A DNA stretch of 64,000 nt from Patescibacteria group bacterium. GTDB taxonomy: Bacteria > Patescibacteriota > Minisyncoccia > Phycocordibacterales > Phycocordibacteraceae. The DNA lies in contig JAIETW010000002.1 of assembly GCA_019744845.1 (NCBI GenBank), positions 5,759 through 69,758 on the forward strand, read 5' to 3'. Below are positions 1 to 11,548 of the stretch, piece after piece (position 1 is the first letter of the stretch; every line of letters starts with the position of its first letter). The translations under genes were made by a program, and so were the position numbers. The notes under the pieces are model-generated. The model was given only the letters and a program-made list of their open reading frames with translations. It was not told the origin of the DNA and searched no databases.

Positions 1-225
1 AGCGGAAGATCCTGTCTTTTCCCACGCAAAGATAATTCGGTAGGAGTAGTTAACGGAAAAACTTAAATATCCTTTTAGCTCACCTTTCAATTTATGTACC
101 TTGAGAGTTGCGTGATTCTTTGGATCTTTAAAGAGTGCAATCTTCTCGTGAGCCTCTTCTTGGAGAGCAGCCGGCAGTTTCTTGAACTGGCGTAGAAACG
201 AAGGTTTATAGCCAAGTGCAATCAT
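1..225 (-). CDS. Type II toxin, RelE/ParE family (C-terminus cut by window edge)
   Basis: Minus-strand translation from ATG at 223-225: MIALGYKPSFLRQFKKLPAALQEEAHEKIALFKDPKNHATLKVHKLKGELKGYLSFSVNYSYRIIFAWEK, typical RelE/ParE fold pattern; start overlaps antitoxin stop (TAATG). Confidence 0.6.
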   Translation of the reverse strand, partial: MIALGYKPSFLRQFKKLPAALQEEAHEKIALFKDPKNHATLKVHKLKGELKGYLSFSVNYSYRIIFAWEKTGSSA

Positions 226-434
226 TAATCAAGTTCCTTAAGGATCTTGCGCAGGTCGCCGCGGAGAGTGGGCTCACGTTCTGCCCCTAGCACTACACGA
301 ATCGCTTCTTCTTCTGCGAACTTTTCAAGTGCGCGGCGCATCACGTCAGAACGATTACTACCAACACCACTGGCAACCAAGTCATCAAGACGCTTCTCAA
401 GCTTGGCGGGGAGGGGGACAGATACAGTAGCCAT
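225..434 (-). CDS. Ribbon-helix-helix antitoxin, ParD/CopG family
   Basis: MATVSVPLPAKLEKRLDDLVASGVGSNRSDVMRRALEKF... RHH antitoxin signature; internal ATG at 432-434 chosen over the longer ORF-track start at 536; 1-nt overlap with downstream toxin. Confidence 0.65.
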   Translation of the reverse strand: MATVSVPLPAKLEKRLDDLVASGVGSNRSDVMRRALEKFAEEEAIRVVLGAEREPTLRGDLRKILKELD

Positions 435-442
435 AGATATAC

Positions 443-466
443 TATTAATTAATATGATAATATCAT
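443..466. promoter_or_regulatory. Palindromic operator candidates in TA promoter (tattaattaata 443-454; atgataatatcat 454-466)
   Basis: Perfect 12-bp palindrome and 13-bp near-palindrome immediately upstream of the RHH antitoxin start; RHH antitoxins autoregulate via such repeats. Confidence 0.3.
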
Positions 467-541
467 ACACGTATGATGACCAAAGGTCAAGAATAGTACC
501 GCTTGTGTGGATGGCAGCAGAAACCCTATAATCCATAGATT

Positions 542-1111
542 ATGGATCCCCTCGCAAAACTGTTCGGTACCCCAGTGCGTTTGAAGCTCCTTAGACTCTT
601 CCTCTTTAATGCAGAAAATACATTCACGGTCGCAGACGCCGCACAGCGCAGCAAGCTCAGCAAAGATGCAACCAGAAAAGAAATAAACGCACTGGTCGCG
701 ATGAAGGTGCTTCGCAAGAAGGGAAGTGCCGCAAAGGCAACCTACATGGCGGATATTCGCTTCAAACACTTTGAAGCATTGAAGTCTTTCCTTCGCGCAA
801 CGACCGGCATCTCTGATACGGATGTCGTCGGAAATCTCCGCAAGGCAGGTGCGCTCAGATTGGTCACGGTCACGGGTCTTTTCACCGGTGCCATTGAACC
901 AAAGATAGATTTGCTCGTGGTAGGGGACCGTTTGGATGATCGTTCTCTCGGACAGATCGTCCACAGCCTTGAAGCAGAGCTCGGACGTGAGCTCCGCTAC
1001 GCTTCTTTCTCTACGGAAGAGTTCCGCTACCGCACTGGAGTCTATGACCGCCTTCTCCGGGACGTCTTTGACTACCCCCACCGCACCATCCTGGACCGCA
1101 TAGGGGCATAA
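542..1111 (+). CDS. Hypothetical protein: winged-HTH plus nucleotidyltransferase-like (MNT-like) domain
   Basis: N-terminal region looks wHTH (LFGTPVRLKLLRLFLFN...); C-terminal GLFTGAIEPKIDLLVVGD resembles the G[GS]...DxD motif of minimal nucleotidyltransferases. 7-bp inverted repeat atccata-gat-tatggat overlaps the ATG. Confidence 0.5.
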   Translation: MDPLAKLFGTPVRLKLLRLFLFNAENTFTVADAAQRSKLSKDATRKEINALVAMKVLRKKGSAAKATYMADIRFKHFEALKSFLRATTGISDTDVVGNLRKAGALRLVTVTGLFTGAIEPKIDLLVVGDRLDDRSLGQIVHSLEAELGRELRYASFSTEEFRYRTGVYDRLLRDVFDYPHRTILDRIGA

Positions 1112-1204
1112 CCCCGCTATCCCCAGAGGGGGATTCCGCGGTCCTAGAGCTTGCTAAAATTAAGCTCGTACCAGTAATAACGCAGTTAACCGCTACAAAA
1201 CACT

Positions 1205-1891
1205 ATGTTTCTTAACCAATGGGCGGATGTGCTTTCATTGTCCTTCATGAACTTGTTCGCAGGACTTGTGGCATTCATCCCACAGCTAGTAGTTGCAGTC
1301 ATCATCTTCGTCGTCGGTTGGCTTATCGGAGCTATGCTCGGAAAGCTTGTCGCACAGGTGGTTTCGTCTCTTCGTGTTGATCAGGCCCTCCGCGCCGCAG
1401 GCGTAGAGAAGGTTCTTGAGCGCACCGGATTCGCACTTAACTCAGGCGCCTTCATCGGCATGCTTGTGAAGTGGTTCTTTATCGTTGTCTTCCTCGTGGC
1501 CGCACTTGATGTGCTTGGTCTTACGCAGGTAACGATCTTCCTCCGTGCGGTTGTGCTTGGATACCTTCCAAACGTAATCGTTGCGGTGCTTATCCTTCTC
1601 GTGGCGGCAGTTGTCGCCGACGCCGCACAGCGCGTCGTAGCGGGCGCCGCTCGTGCAGCACACTTGAAGACCGCGAACCTTCTTGGTTCTGTGGCACGTT
1701 GGTCTATTTGGATCTTTGCGGTCCTTGCAGCCCTCGCGCAGCTTCAGGTTGCCACTGCGTTCGTGCAGACTCTCTTCACAGGAGTTGTGGTTGCCCTTGC
1801 TCTTGCCCTCGGCCTTGCATTTGGTCTTGGTGGACAGACGGCAGCAGCCGACTACCTCAAGCGAATGCGCGAGCAGATCTCGGACAAGTAG
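1205..1891 (+). CDS. Membrane protein with duplicated conserved TM-helix repeats (MscS N-terminal-like)
   Basis: 228 aa, highly hydrophobic, two similar helix blocks; followed by intrinsic terminator. Confidence 0.6.
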   Translation: MFLNQWADVLSLSFMNLFAGLVAFIPQLVVAVIIFVVGWLIGAMLGKLVAQVVSSLRVDQALRAAGVEKVLERTGFALNSGAFIGMLVKWFFIVVFLVAALDVLGLTQVTIFLRAVVLGYLPNVIVAVLILLVAAVVADAAQRVVAGAARAAHLKTANLLGSVARWSIWIFAVLAALAQLQVATAFVQTLFTGVVVALALALGLAFGLGGQTAAADYLKRMREQISDK

Positions 1892-1912
1892 TCCCTCGCA
1901 TTCAGAGCACAA

Positions 1913-1938
1913 AAGCCCCGTATTTCGGGGCTTTTTGC
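1913..1938 (+). terminator. Rho-independent terminator
   Basis: aagccccg-tattt-cggggctttttg hairpin plus T-run directly after stop of 1205..1891. Confidence 0.6.
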
Positions 1939-1981
1939 TTTCTCATTGTTCCTTCACTGCGTCGCGTGGTACCATTTATGT

Positions 1982-2113
1982 ATGAAAGATTTCCTTGCCC
2001 GATGCAAGAAGATGTTCTCAAAAGAGAACACAAACACTCGCGATGTAGAGAGTGTTATTAAGCGCGTAGACGAACAGGTCGGACGCGCGGTTACTCGTCT
2101 AGCTGATCGCTAG
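1982..2113 (+). CDS. Small ORF (43 aa), putative antitoxin partner of Doc
   Basis: MKDFLARCKKMFSKENTNTRDVESVIKRVDEQVGRAVTRLADR; stop TAG overlaps the GTG start of the Doc gene (taGTG), classic TA coupling. Not in ORF track because <60 aa. Confidence 0.35.
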   Translation: MKDFLARCKKMFSKENTNTRDVESVIKRVDEQVGRAVTRLADR

Positions 2114-2619
2114 TGATTTACTACATTCCTGAAACTGTTCTTGCCGCGGTCTTCAGCTTCGTAAGCGAGCGGTATTCTCAGGCAGAAGAAGTTCCTCGGT
2201 ACAAAGAAGAAAGAGGGTTTCCACAGTTTTGTGGCGTGCTCACTCAGGTGCGTTCAGACACCTACTACCCCACACTTCTTGATAAAGCGGTCTACTTGCT
2301 TGTAGGGATCAACAAAGGGCACTTCTTCTCAAATGGAAACAAACGTCTCGCACTCGTGGTGACGACATTCTTTCTTGGAATGAATGATTTACAGCTACGT
2401 AAACGCGATAAAATCTGGTACCAGTCCGTCTTGGGAGAGCTATTTCCCGAATACCAGTCTTGGGAAGATTTTGCAGACTTTACTCCTACTGACTTTGCGA
2501 CCTATAACCTTTCAATTATGGTTGCCGACAGCAGTACACATGGGGTACCGCATGATGAGCTGAAACGGAGAGCAAAAGCCTTCTTTGAGGTTGCAACTGA
2601 GCCATATCAAGGGAGCTAG
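2113..2619 (+). CDS. Doc/Fic family toxin (death-on-curing-like)
   Basis: Motif GHFFSNGNKRLAL matches the Doc/Fic HxFx(D/N)GNKR core; GTG start inferred from ORF frame. Confidence 0.65.
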   Translation: MIYYIPETVLAAVFSFVSERYSQAEEVPRYKEERGFPQFCGVLTQVRSDTYYPTLLDKAVYLLVGINKGHFFSNGNKRLALVVTTFFLGMNDLQLRKRDKIWYQSVLGELFPEYQSWEDFADFTPTDFATYNLSIMVADSSTHGVPHDELKRRAKAFFEVATEPYQGS

Positions 2620-2663
2620 GCACTGTCCCCAGTATCCCCAGGGAAGGGGGCCAGGGCCCATAT

Positions 2664-2692
2664 TTGACACGGGTTTTCGCCTGGGGTACAGT
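2664..2692 (+). promoter_or_regulatory. Sigma70-like promoter TTGACA-N17-TACAGT
   Basis: Perfect -35 TTGACA (2664-2669), 17-nt spacer, -10 TACAGT (2687-2692); preceded by CCCAGTATCCCCAGG motif also found upstream of the 16S promoter. Confidence 0.35.
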
Positions 2693-2699
2693 AGCCCCT

Positions 2700-2798
2700 A
2701 CGTGTCTACGAACCTAAAGACCACTACCAAACGAAGCGGATAGCCCGTAAGGGCTTCAGGTGTCACAAACACCGCCGCTTCTGCGGCGGTTTTTATTT
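2700..2798 (+). ncRNA. Candidate small structured RNA or rRNA leader
   Basis: About 100 nt between predicted promoter and intrinsic terminator (accgccgc-ttct-gcggcggt + TTTTT at 2771-2795); contains nested hairpin gaagc-ggatag-ccc-gtaa-ggg-cttc with GNRA-type loop; no ORF. Confidence 0.25.
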
Positions 2799-2816
2799 CG
2801 CCGAGACACGAGTTCG

Positions 2817-2845
2817 TTGACAGATGAATACGCAAAAGGTAATCA
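2817..2845 (+). promoter_or_regulatory. Candidate 23S rRNA promoter TTGACA-N17-TAATCA
   Basis: Perfect -35 hexamer 2817-2822, 17-nt spacer, -10-like TAATCA ~55 nt upstream of 23S processing stem. Confidence 0.4.
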
Positions 2846-2871
2846 AGCCCGTTCCTGAAATATGGAGCGGG

Positions 2872-2900
2872 TGCGAAGTGCAAATAAAATCACAAAGTAA

Positions 2901-2912
<12 letters not shown>
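2872..2912 (+). other. 23S rRNA 5' processing-stem strand (pairs with 6243..6275)
   Basis: aagtgcaaataaaatcacaaagtaaataaagttaatgtg is complementary (imperfect) to cacataactttatatgtgtgaatttgcacctt downstream of the 23S. Confidence 0.45.
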
Positions 2913-6253
<3,341 letters not shown>

Positions 6254-6312
6254 TATGTGTGAATTTGCACCTTTTGCGTATTTTCTGTCATGCACGCTAT
6301 AAACGCGCGTAT

Positions 6313-6426
6313 GACGCTGGTGATTTATCGGAGGGGCCATACCCGTTCCCATTCCGAACACGGCAGTCAAGCCCTCTTGAGCCGATGGTACTCCGAAAGG
6401 GGGAGAGTAGGTTGTCGCCAGCGTCA
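6313..6426 (+). rRNA. rrf: 5S ribosomal RNA
   Basis: CCATTCCGAACACGGCAGTCAAGCCCTCTTGAGCCGATGGTACTCCGAAAGGGGGAGAGTAGGTTGTCGCCAGCGTC; helix I gacgctgg/ccagcgtc; T-run after. Confidence 0.85.
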
Positions 6427-6473
6427 TGCGCGTGTTTTTGCATATATAGGGTCAGTGCTACGATATTTCGTAT

Positions 6474-6755
6474 ATGTCTTACATCCCTGAAACAGAACGG
6501 TTTCGACACGACCCAGAACGGCACGTGATCTTTGCGTCACAGCGAGAGAAAGACGATACGCTTGATCAGGCGCTTGAGACCATCCGTGTGAAGAGGATTG
6601 ACCTGGAGGCGGCGTTGGAGGGCAAGGATGACGCTCGTATTACAGAGGCGAGAGCGCAAGTTACGGCTGCAGAAACATTTTTTGAAGACATGAAGAAGGG
6701 GGTTGTCGTGCCTCCACTGGCGACTCCTTCCTGGAGGAAGCCAAAGAAGAAATAA
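6474..6755 (+). CDS. Hypothetical small protein
   Basis: 93-aa ORF, charged, no recognisable motif. Confidence 0.4.
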   Translation: MSYIPETERFRHDPERHVIFASQREKDDTLDQALETIRVKRIDLEAALEGKDDARITEARAQVTAAETFFEDMKKGVVVPPLATPSWRKPKKK

Positions 6756-6779
6756 GAGGATTTTGCTATACTGTTCCCA

Positions 6780-7130
6780 ATGAAACGAAAGGGCATAGAT
6801 CGTCTGCATGCGGTGATTGAAGAACTTGATGGCCATGAGGACATGGACGGCGTTGAGAGATTCTATACGCGCGATGGCCAGCAGGCCGCGCTTCGTCGAG
6901 CAGAAAAGTATCTAGAAACGCTCCGCGCATTTCGTCCTAAAACACCCGAAGAGGTGCCTGCATGGGATGCGCTGTTAGTGGAATATGCGGATAGGGTAAA
7001 GCGCATTAAAAAAGCAGGCGAGAAGCTTGAGCGACTCGCTTTTGATAGTGCTGAAGAAAAAAAACGTGCGGTAGAAAGGGTAGAGATATTGCTTCGTCGT
7101 CTCAAGGACGCGCCTGTCGTGAAAGAGTAG
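6780..7130 (+). CDS. Hypothetical protein
   Basis: 116-aa ORF, helical/charged composition. Confidence 0.45.
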   Translation: MKRKGIDRLHAVIEELDGHEDMDGVERFYTRDGQQAALRRAEKYLETLRAFRPKTPEEVPAWDALLVEYADRVKRIKKAGEKLERLAFDSAEEKKRAVERVEILLRRLKDAPVVKE

Positions 7131-7170
7131 CCACTCCCATATTGGGGGTGTTTTCGTATATACTGTCCCT

Positions 7171-7935
7171 ATGTCATGGGCAATGCGAAGACGGGGAATC
7201 GTAGCCGCCATCATCATTGTGGTTCTCGGCGCCGTAGGAGTGTGGGGGTATTACGCATTTTTGTATGACGCGCCATCGTGTAGCGACTTCCGCCAGAATC
7301 AAAACGAAGAGGGGGTGGACTGTGGAGGAGTGTGCGACAAGATTTGTGATGCCACGCTTGCCGTTCCACAAGTTGCCTTCGTGCGACCAGTCGTGAGCGG
7401 TCCGGGACGCTCAGATGTCATTGCATACGTAGAGAATCCAAACTTCTCTGCAATGGCAGAAGATGTGGCATACACAGTGGAGTTGTTTAATAGTCAGAAC
7501 ATTCTCGTTGCAACGAAGGAGGGAGTATTGGATCTGTATCCGAAGCGTAATCCGCTTTTCATTCCAAATCTTTTCTCTGGAGAGGAGACGACTCTTCGTG
7601 CCTTTCTTACTCTGGATCCAGATACGATTGAGTGGTTTGACTACGAGGATACGCGCGTGACCATGAGCGTGCGAGATGTGCGGGTGGAACATGCCGACAC
7701 CTTGCCGCGTATCTACGCCACCATTGAGAACCCGTCCTCAACCAACTCATACAAGAATGTGCCGATGGTCGTAACGGTATTTAACGAAGAGGGGAATGCG
7801 ATCGCCGCATCGCAAACAATCATCCCTCAGTTGCGCGCAGAGGGAACGGCAGAGGTTGTGTTCACCTGGAATGCACCATTTTCCGAAACGGCCGTGCGTC
7901 AGGAGTTCATACCGATTCTCCCTGATCCATCATGA
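7171..7935 (+). CDS. Membrane-anchored extracytoplasmic protein with two beta-sandwich-like repeats
   Basis: N-terminal TM helix (IVAAIIIVVLGAVGVWGYYAF), Cys-rich segment, two similar ENP...VF(N/T) repeats; ATGA overlap with rodA/ftsW. Confidence 0.55.
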   Translation: MSWAMRRRGIVAAIIIVVLGAVGVWGYYAFLYDAPSCSDFRQNQNEEGVDCGGVCDKICDATLAVPQVAFVRPVVSGPGRSDVIAYVENPNFSAMAEDVAYTVELFNSQNILVATKEGVLDLYPKRNPLFIPNLFSGEETTLRAFLTLDPDTIEWFDYEDTRVTMSVRDVRVEHADTLPRIYATIENPSSTNSYKNVPMVVTVFNEEGNAIAASQTIIPQLRAEGTAEVVFTWNAPFSETAVRQEFIPILPDPS

Positions 7936-9062
7936 GTGAGCTTGGTGCACGTGCCGTTTCTGGGCTGCAGAGTTCATGGACGCTTCTTGCGATTCCGATC
8001 GCGCTCTCACTCCTCGGTGTCCTTACCATGCACACCTTTGGGGAAGGGTCATTTGCACCGCGCCAGCTGCTTTGGATCCTTCTTGGAACGATTGTATTCA
8101 CGGTGTGCGCATCACTTGATATGCACTTCCTCCGGCGTACGCCGGTGATTGTTGCGGGATACCTTGGCGCACTCGCGCTCTTGGTGCTTGTACTTCTTAT
8201 CGCGCCGACTATTTCTGGTGCGAAGTCATGGTTCTCCTTTGGTGCGTTTTCATTCCAGCCTGCAGATCTCGCAAAGCTCGTGATCATTGCGCTTATGGCG
8301 AAGTACTTCTCGCGACGGCACATGGAGATTGGTCACGTGTGGCATATCATTCTTTCGGGTATCTATGTAGCGATTCCTATGGGCCTGTTGTTGTTGCAGC
8401 CCGATCTTGGAACGGCGGCAATTATCGGCGCGGTGTGGTTTGGGTTGGTGCTGGTTTCCGGTATTTCAAAGAAGCACTTGGCAGTGGTGTTTGTGACGGG
8501 CGCAGTGGCGATTGCAGGACTCTGGACGTTCGGGCTCCATGAGTATCAGCGTGAACGTATCGTGTCCTTCCTTAACCCTGCGGCCGATATTCATGGAAGT
8601 GGGTACAACGCATATCAGGCGGTGGTGGCAGTGGGCTCAGGGGAACTTTTTGGAAAGGGTATAGGCTACGGCACGCAGAGTAAGCTTCGCTTCCTTCCTG
8701 AGTACGAGACCGACTTTATCTTTGCGGCATTTGCCGAGGAATGGGGGTTTGTGGGGGTTGTGTTCGTATTCACCTTATTTGGCCTTCTCTTCCTACAGCT
8801 CATTCTCATCGCGCGACGTGCCGCGACAAACTTTGATGCCTTGTTTACGATCGGCGTCTGTATTCTTTTGGCAGCGCACCTTTTTATACACGCCGGCATT
8901 AACCTAGGGCTTCTTCCGGTGACGGGCACTACGATTCCGTTCATGAGCTACGGAGGCTCGCACATCCTTATGGAATTTGCAGCGCTCGGCGTCGTCGCAT
9001 CGCTTGCGAAATACGCACGTAGTGTGCCGCGCGGGATGGCAGGGCAGGAGTTCAGTGGCTAG
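7932..9062 (+). CDS. SEDS-family peptidoglycan glycosyltransferase FtsW/RodA
   Basis: Multi-TM protein with GSGELFGKGIGYGTQSKLRFLPEYETDFIFAAFAEEWGFVG, hallmark of FtsW/RodA/SpoVE. Confidence 0.85.
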   Translation: MSELGARAVSGLQSSWTLLAIPIALSLLGVLTMHTFGEGSFAPRQLLWILLGTIVFTVCASLDMHFLRRTPVIVAGYLGALALLVLVLLIAPTISGAKSWFSFGAFSFQPADLAKLVIIALMAKYFSRRHMEIGHVWHIILSGIYVAIPMGLLLLQPDLGTAAIIGAVWFGLVLVSGISKKHLAVVFVTGAVAIAGLWTFGLHEYQRERIVSFLNPAADIHGSGYNAYQAVVAVGSGELFGKGIGYGTQSKLRFLPEYETDFIFAAFAEEWGFVGVVFVFTLFGLLFLQLILIARRAATNFDALFTIGVCILLAAHLFIHAGINLGLLPVTGTTIPFMSYGGSHILMEFAALGVVASLAKYARSVPRGMAGQEFSG

Positions 9063-10150
9063 TATTGCGCGAAGGTCTCTCTGACCATTCGTTCCTTCAA
9101 GAACTGTGCAGTCACGGATTCTTTAAGTGCGACGCCATACTCCCTTGCTTCTTCGGGGTTATCTAGGAGGCGACGAATGGCACGGGCAAGGACGTGCGGG
9201 TTCTTGGCAGGGACCAACAGACCACTCTTCTGGTGTCGCACGATCTCTGGAATACCACCACGACGACTCGCTACTACTGGCAGTCCCGCGTATCCAGCCT
9301 CAATAAGGGCGTAGGCGAGTGCTTCAGTGCGAGAGGGCATAAGGAACATATCAAATGCGGAGAGATAGGATGCGGCGTCTTCTACAAAACCGACGAGGAA
9401 GACACGTCCGACGAGGTCACACTGACGTACGATTTCTTGGAGCCGCTGACGTTCGCGCCCGTCACCAAAGACGACCAACACGACGTCCGGGTACTCGTCT
9501 TTAAGATCCGCGAGTGCACGTATGGCGTCGTCCACTCCCTTATTGGGATGCAGCTCAGAGAGCATGCCGATCCAGACTTTGTCTTTTGCTTCTGGTACAA
9601 AACAACGAGAGTCTTTGCGAGGTTTGAAGACAGGTGTTGCAATGCCATTATAGATGACGGGGGCTTTCTTAAGGAATGCCTCCATATCAAGGCGTACTGC
9701 TTCAGAGACGCATATAGTTTTATGGGCAAAGAGAATGGTAACTGCGTAGATAGCGCGGAGCGCAACCTTCTGCCACCATGGGCGCTCCTCATTGAATGCC
9801 CAACCATGAACGGTAAAGAGAGTATTCTTCACTCCTGCGATGCGTGCGGCGACCAGCGCGAGTCCTGCTTTGGAACTATTCGCATGCACCACGTCCGGCC
9901 TCCATTCTTTTATAATGCGGAGTAGTGCACGAAAGGCGCCGATCTCATCCCCGATAAAGATGCCGTTGGTGAGCTCTGGAATAGGGAAGACGGCTATCCC
10001 TGCCTGGCCTGCATATTCAGAGAGGAGACCTTCTTCGCCGTAGGCAATCGCTGGCTCGTGCCCCGCTTCCTTGGCTGCACGTGCAAGGTCAAACACATAG
10101 CGCTGTGCGCCACCCCAATTGGCTTTTGTAATGACGTAAAGGACTTTCAT
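9059..10150 (-). CDS. Glycosyltransferase family 4 (GT-B)
   Basis: MKVLYVITKANWGGAQRY..., C-terminal E-x7-E type GT4 pattern. Confidence 0.8.
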   Translation of the reverse strand: MKVLYVITKANWGGAQRYVFDLARAAKEAGHEPAIAYGEEGLLSEYAGQAGIAVFPIPELTNGIFIGDEIGAFRALLRIIKEWRPDVVHANSSKAGLALVAARIAGVKNTLFTVHGWAFNEERPWWQKVALRAIYAVTILFAHKTICVSEAVRLDMEAFLKKAPVIYNGIATPVFKPRKDSRCFVPEAKDKVWIGMLSELHPNKGVDDAIRALADLKDEYPDVVLVVFGDGRERQRLQEIVRQCDLVGRVFLVGFVEDAASYLSAFDMFLMPSRTEALAYALIEAGYAGLPVVASRRGGIPEIVRHQKSGLLVPAKNPHVLARAIRRLLDNPEEAREYGVALKESVTAQFLKERMVRETFAQY

Positions 10151-10199
10151 CAGGTAACGTGCGCCTCCCTAGGATTGTTCTATAGTATAACCTCTTCCC

Positions 10200-11537
10200 A
10201 TGACCCACGGTGGCAGTCGCGTTGCGGCACTTCTCTTTATCGGCGATTTTGCCGTGTTCGTCGTATCCCTCTGGCTGACGCTTCTTCTGCGGTACCAGCA
10301 GATTCCTCAAGAGGCAGTGTTTATGGAGCACTTGGGACCTTTCTCCATTCTTTTTGCGCTCTGGGCATTTGTCTTCTACATCTCTGGACTCTACGGAAAG
10401 GGAATCATTCTTTTGAAGACGAAATGGCCAGACGCGATCATGCGCACACAGTTTGCGAACGTCATTCTTGCAGCCCTCTTCTTCTTTCTTGCACCTGGGA
10501 TTGCAATTGCACCAAAGACGAACTTGGTGATTTATCTCGTCGTCTCACTCCTCCTTATATTTGTATGGCGTCTTGCCTTGTACCCTCGTTTGACTACCAC
10601 TGCTGCCAGGTATCCTGCGCTTTTGCTTGCGGAAGGGGAGGAGGCAGAGCGACTGGCAAAAGAAGTGAACGAGAATCCGCGATACCGACTTTTCTTTGCT
10701 TCTGTGGTGCCTCCTCGCGGAGATTGGGAGTCCGAGTTCATTGCGGCGCGTAATACGCACAAGGCAAGTTTGGTGATTGCCGACACTGACGTCCCGGGAC
10801 TTGAAGCCGTGCTCATACGCCTGCGTCCACACGCAGATATTGTTCCGTTTTCAGAAGTGTACGAAGAGGTGTTTGATCGGGTCTTGATTACCACTCCACA
10901 CCAGGAGCGGTTGCTGAGCTCATTTTCCAAACCAACCATGCGATACCTGATCATCAAGCGTCTCATAGATATCATCGGAGGCATTGGTATGGCACTCATC
11001 ACGATTCTGATTACACCTCTCGTATTTCTTGCACAGCGTCTTGAGGGGAAGGGATCACTCTTCGTCTCTCAGCACCGTATTGGCGTACACGGGAAGCAGG
11101 TCCGTGTATTCAAGTTCCGTACCATGGAGCGAAATGATCCTGGCGCATGGGCGGGGGAGGGAAGAGAGAACAAGGTGACGAAGACTGGGAACTTTCTTCG
11201 TCGTACGTCGTTGGACGAATTCCCTCAGTTCATTAACGTCATCCTAGGAGAGCTCTCTCTCATTGGCCCTCGCAGCGACATAGAAGCACTAGGAGCTCGC
11301 TTGTCTGATGCGATTCCGTACTACCAGTTCAGATATATCGTGACGCCGGGTATTACCGGCTGGGCACAGATCAATCAGAAGTATGAACCGGGGAATATTA
11401 GTCCGCAGTCTATTGAAGAGACCAAGGTGCGTCTCGCATATGATTTCTATTACCTAAAGAAACGCTCCCTTGCACTTGATTTGGTGATTGCGATGAAGAC
11501 GATCAAGCACATGTTCTTCCGGGTCAGCAATTGGTAG
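10200..11537 (+). CDS. Polyprenyl-phosphate sugar phosphotransferase (WbaP/bacterial sugar transferase family)
   Basis: N-terminal TM helices; C-terminal KRLIDIIGGIGMALI...GKQVRVFKFRTM...DEFPQFINVILGELSLIGPR. Confidence 0.85.
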   Translation: MTHGGSRVAALLFIGDFAVFVVSLWLTLLLRYQQIPQEAVFMEHLGPFSILFALWAFVFYISGLYGKGIILLKTKWPDAIMRTQFANVILAALFFFLAPGIAIAPKTNLVIYLVVSLLLIFVWRLALYPRLTTTAARYPALLLAEGEEAERLAKEVNENPRYRLFFASVVPPRGDWESEFIAARNTHKASLVIADTDVPGLEAVLIRLRPHADIVPFSEVYEEVFDRVLITTPHQERLLSSFSKPTMRYLIIKRLIDIIGGIGMALITILITPLVFLAQRLEGKGSLFVSQHRIGVHGKQVRVFKFRTMERNDPGAWAGEGRENKVTKTGNFLRRTSLDEFPQFINVILGELSLIGPRSDIEALGARLSDAIPYYQFRYIVTPGITGWAQINQKYEPGNISPQSIEETKVRLAYDFYYLKKRSLALDLVIAMKTIKHMFFRVSNW

Positions 11538-11548
11538 AGTGTCTCTAT

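Noticed and set aside
1683-2061. ORFs 1683..1985 and 1699..2061 (+)
   Set aside because: Out-of-frame overlaps of the membrane-protein gene, its terminator and the small Doc-partner ORF; no coding signal.
9194-9925. 243-aa plus-strand ORF
   Set aside because: Antisense to the well-supported GT4 gene 9059..10150.
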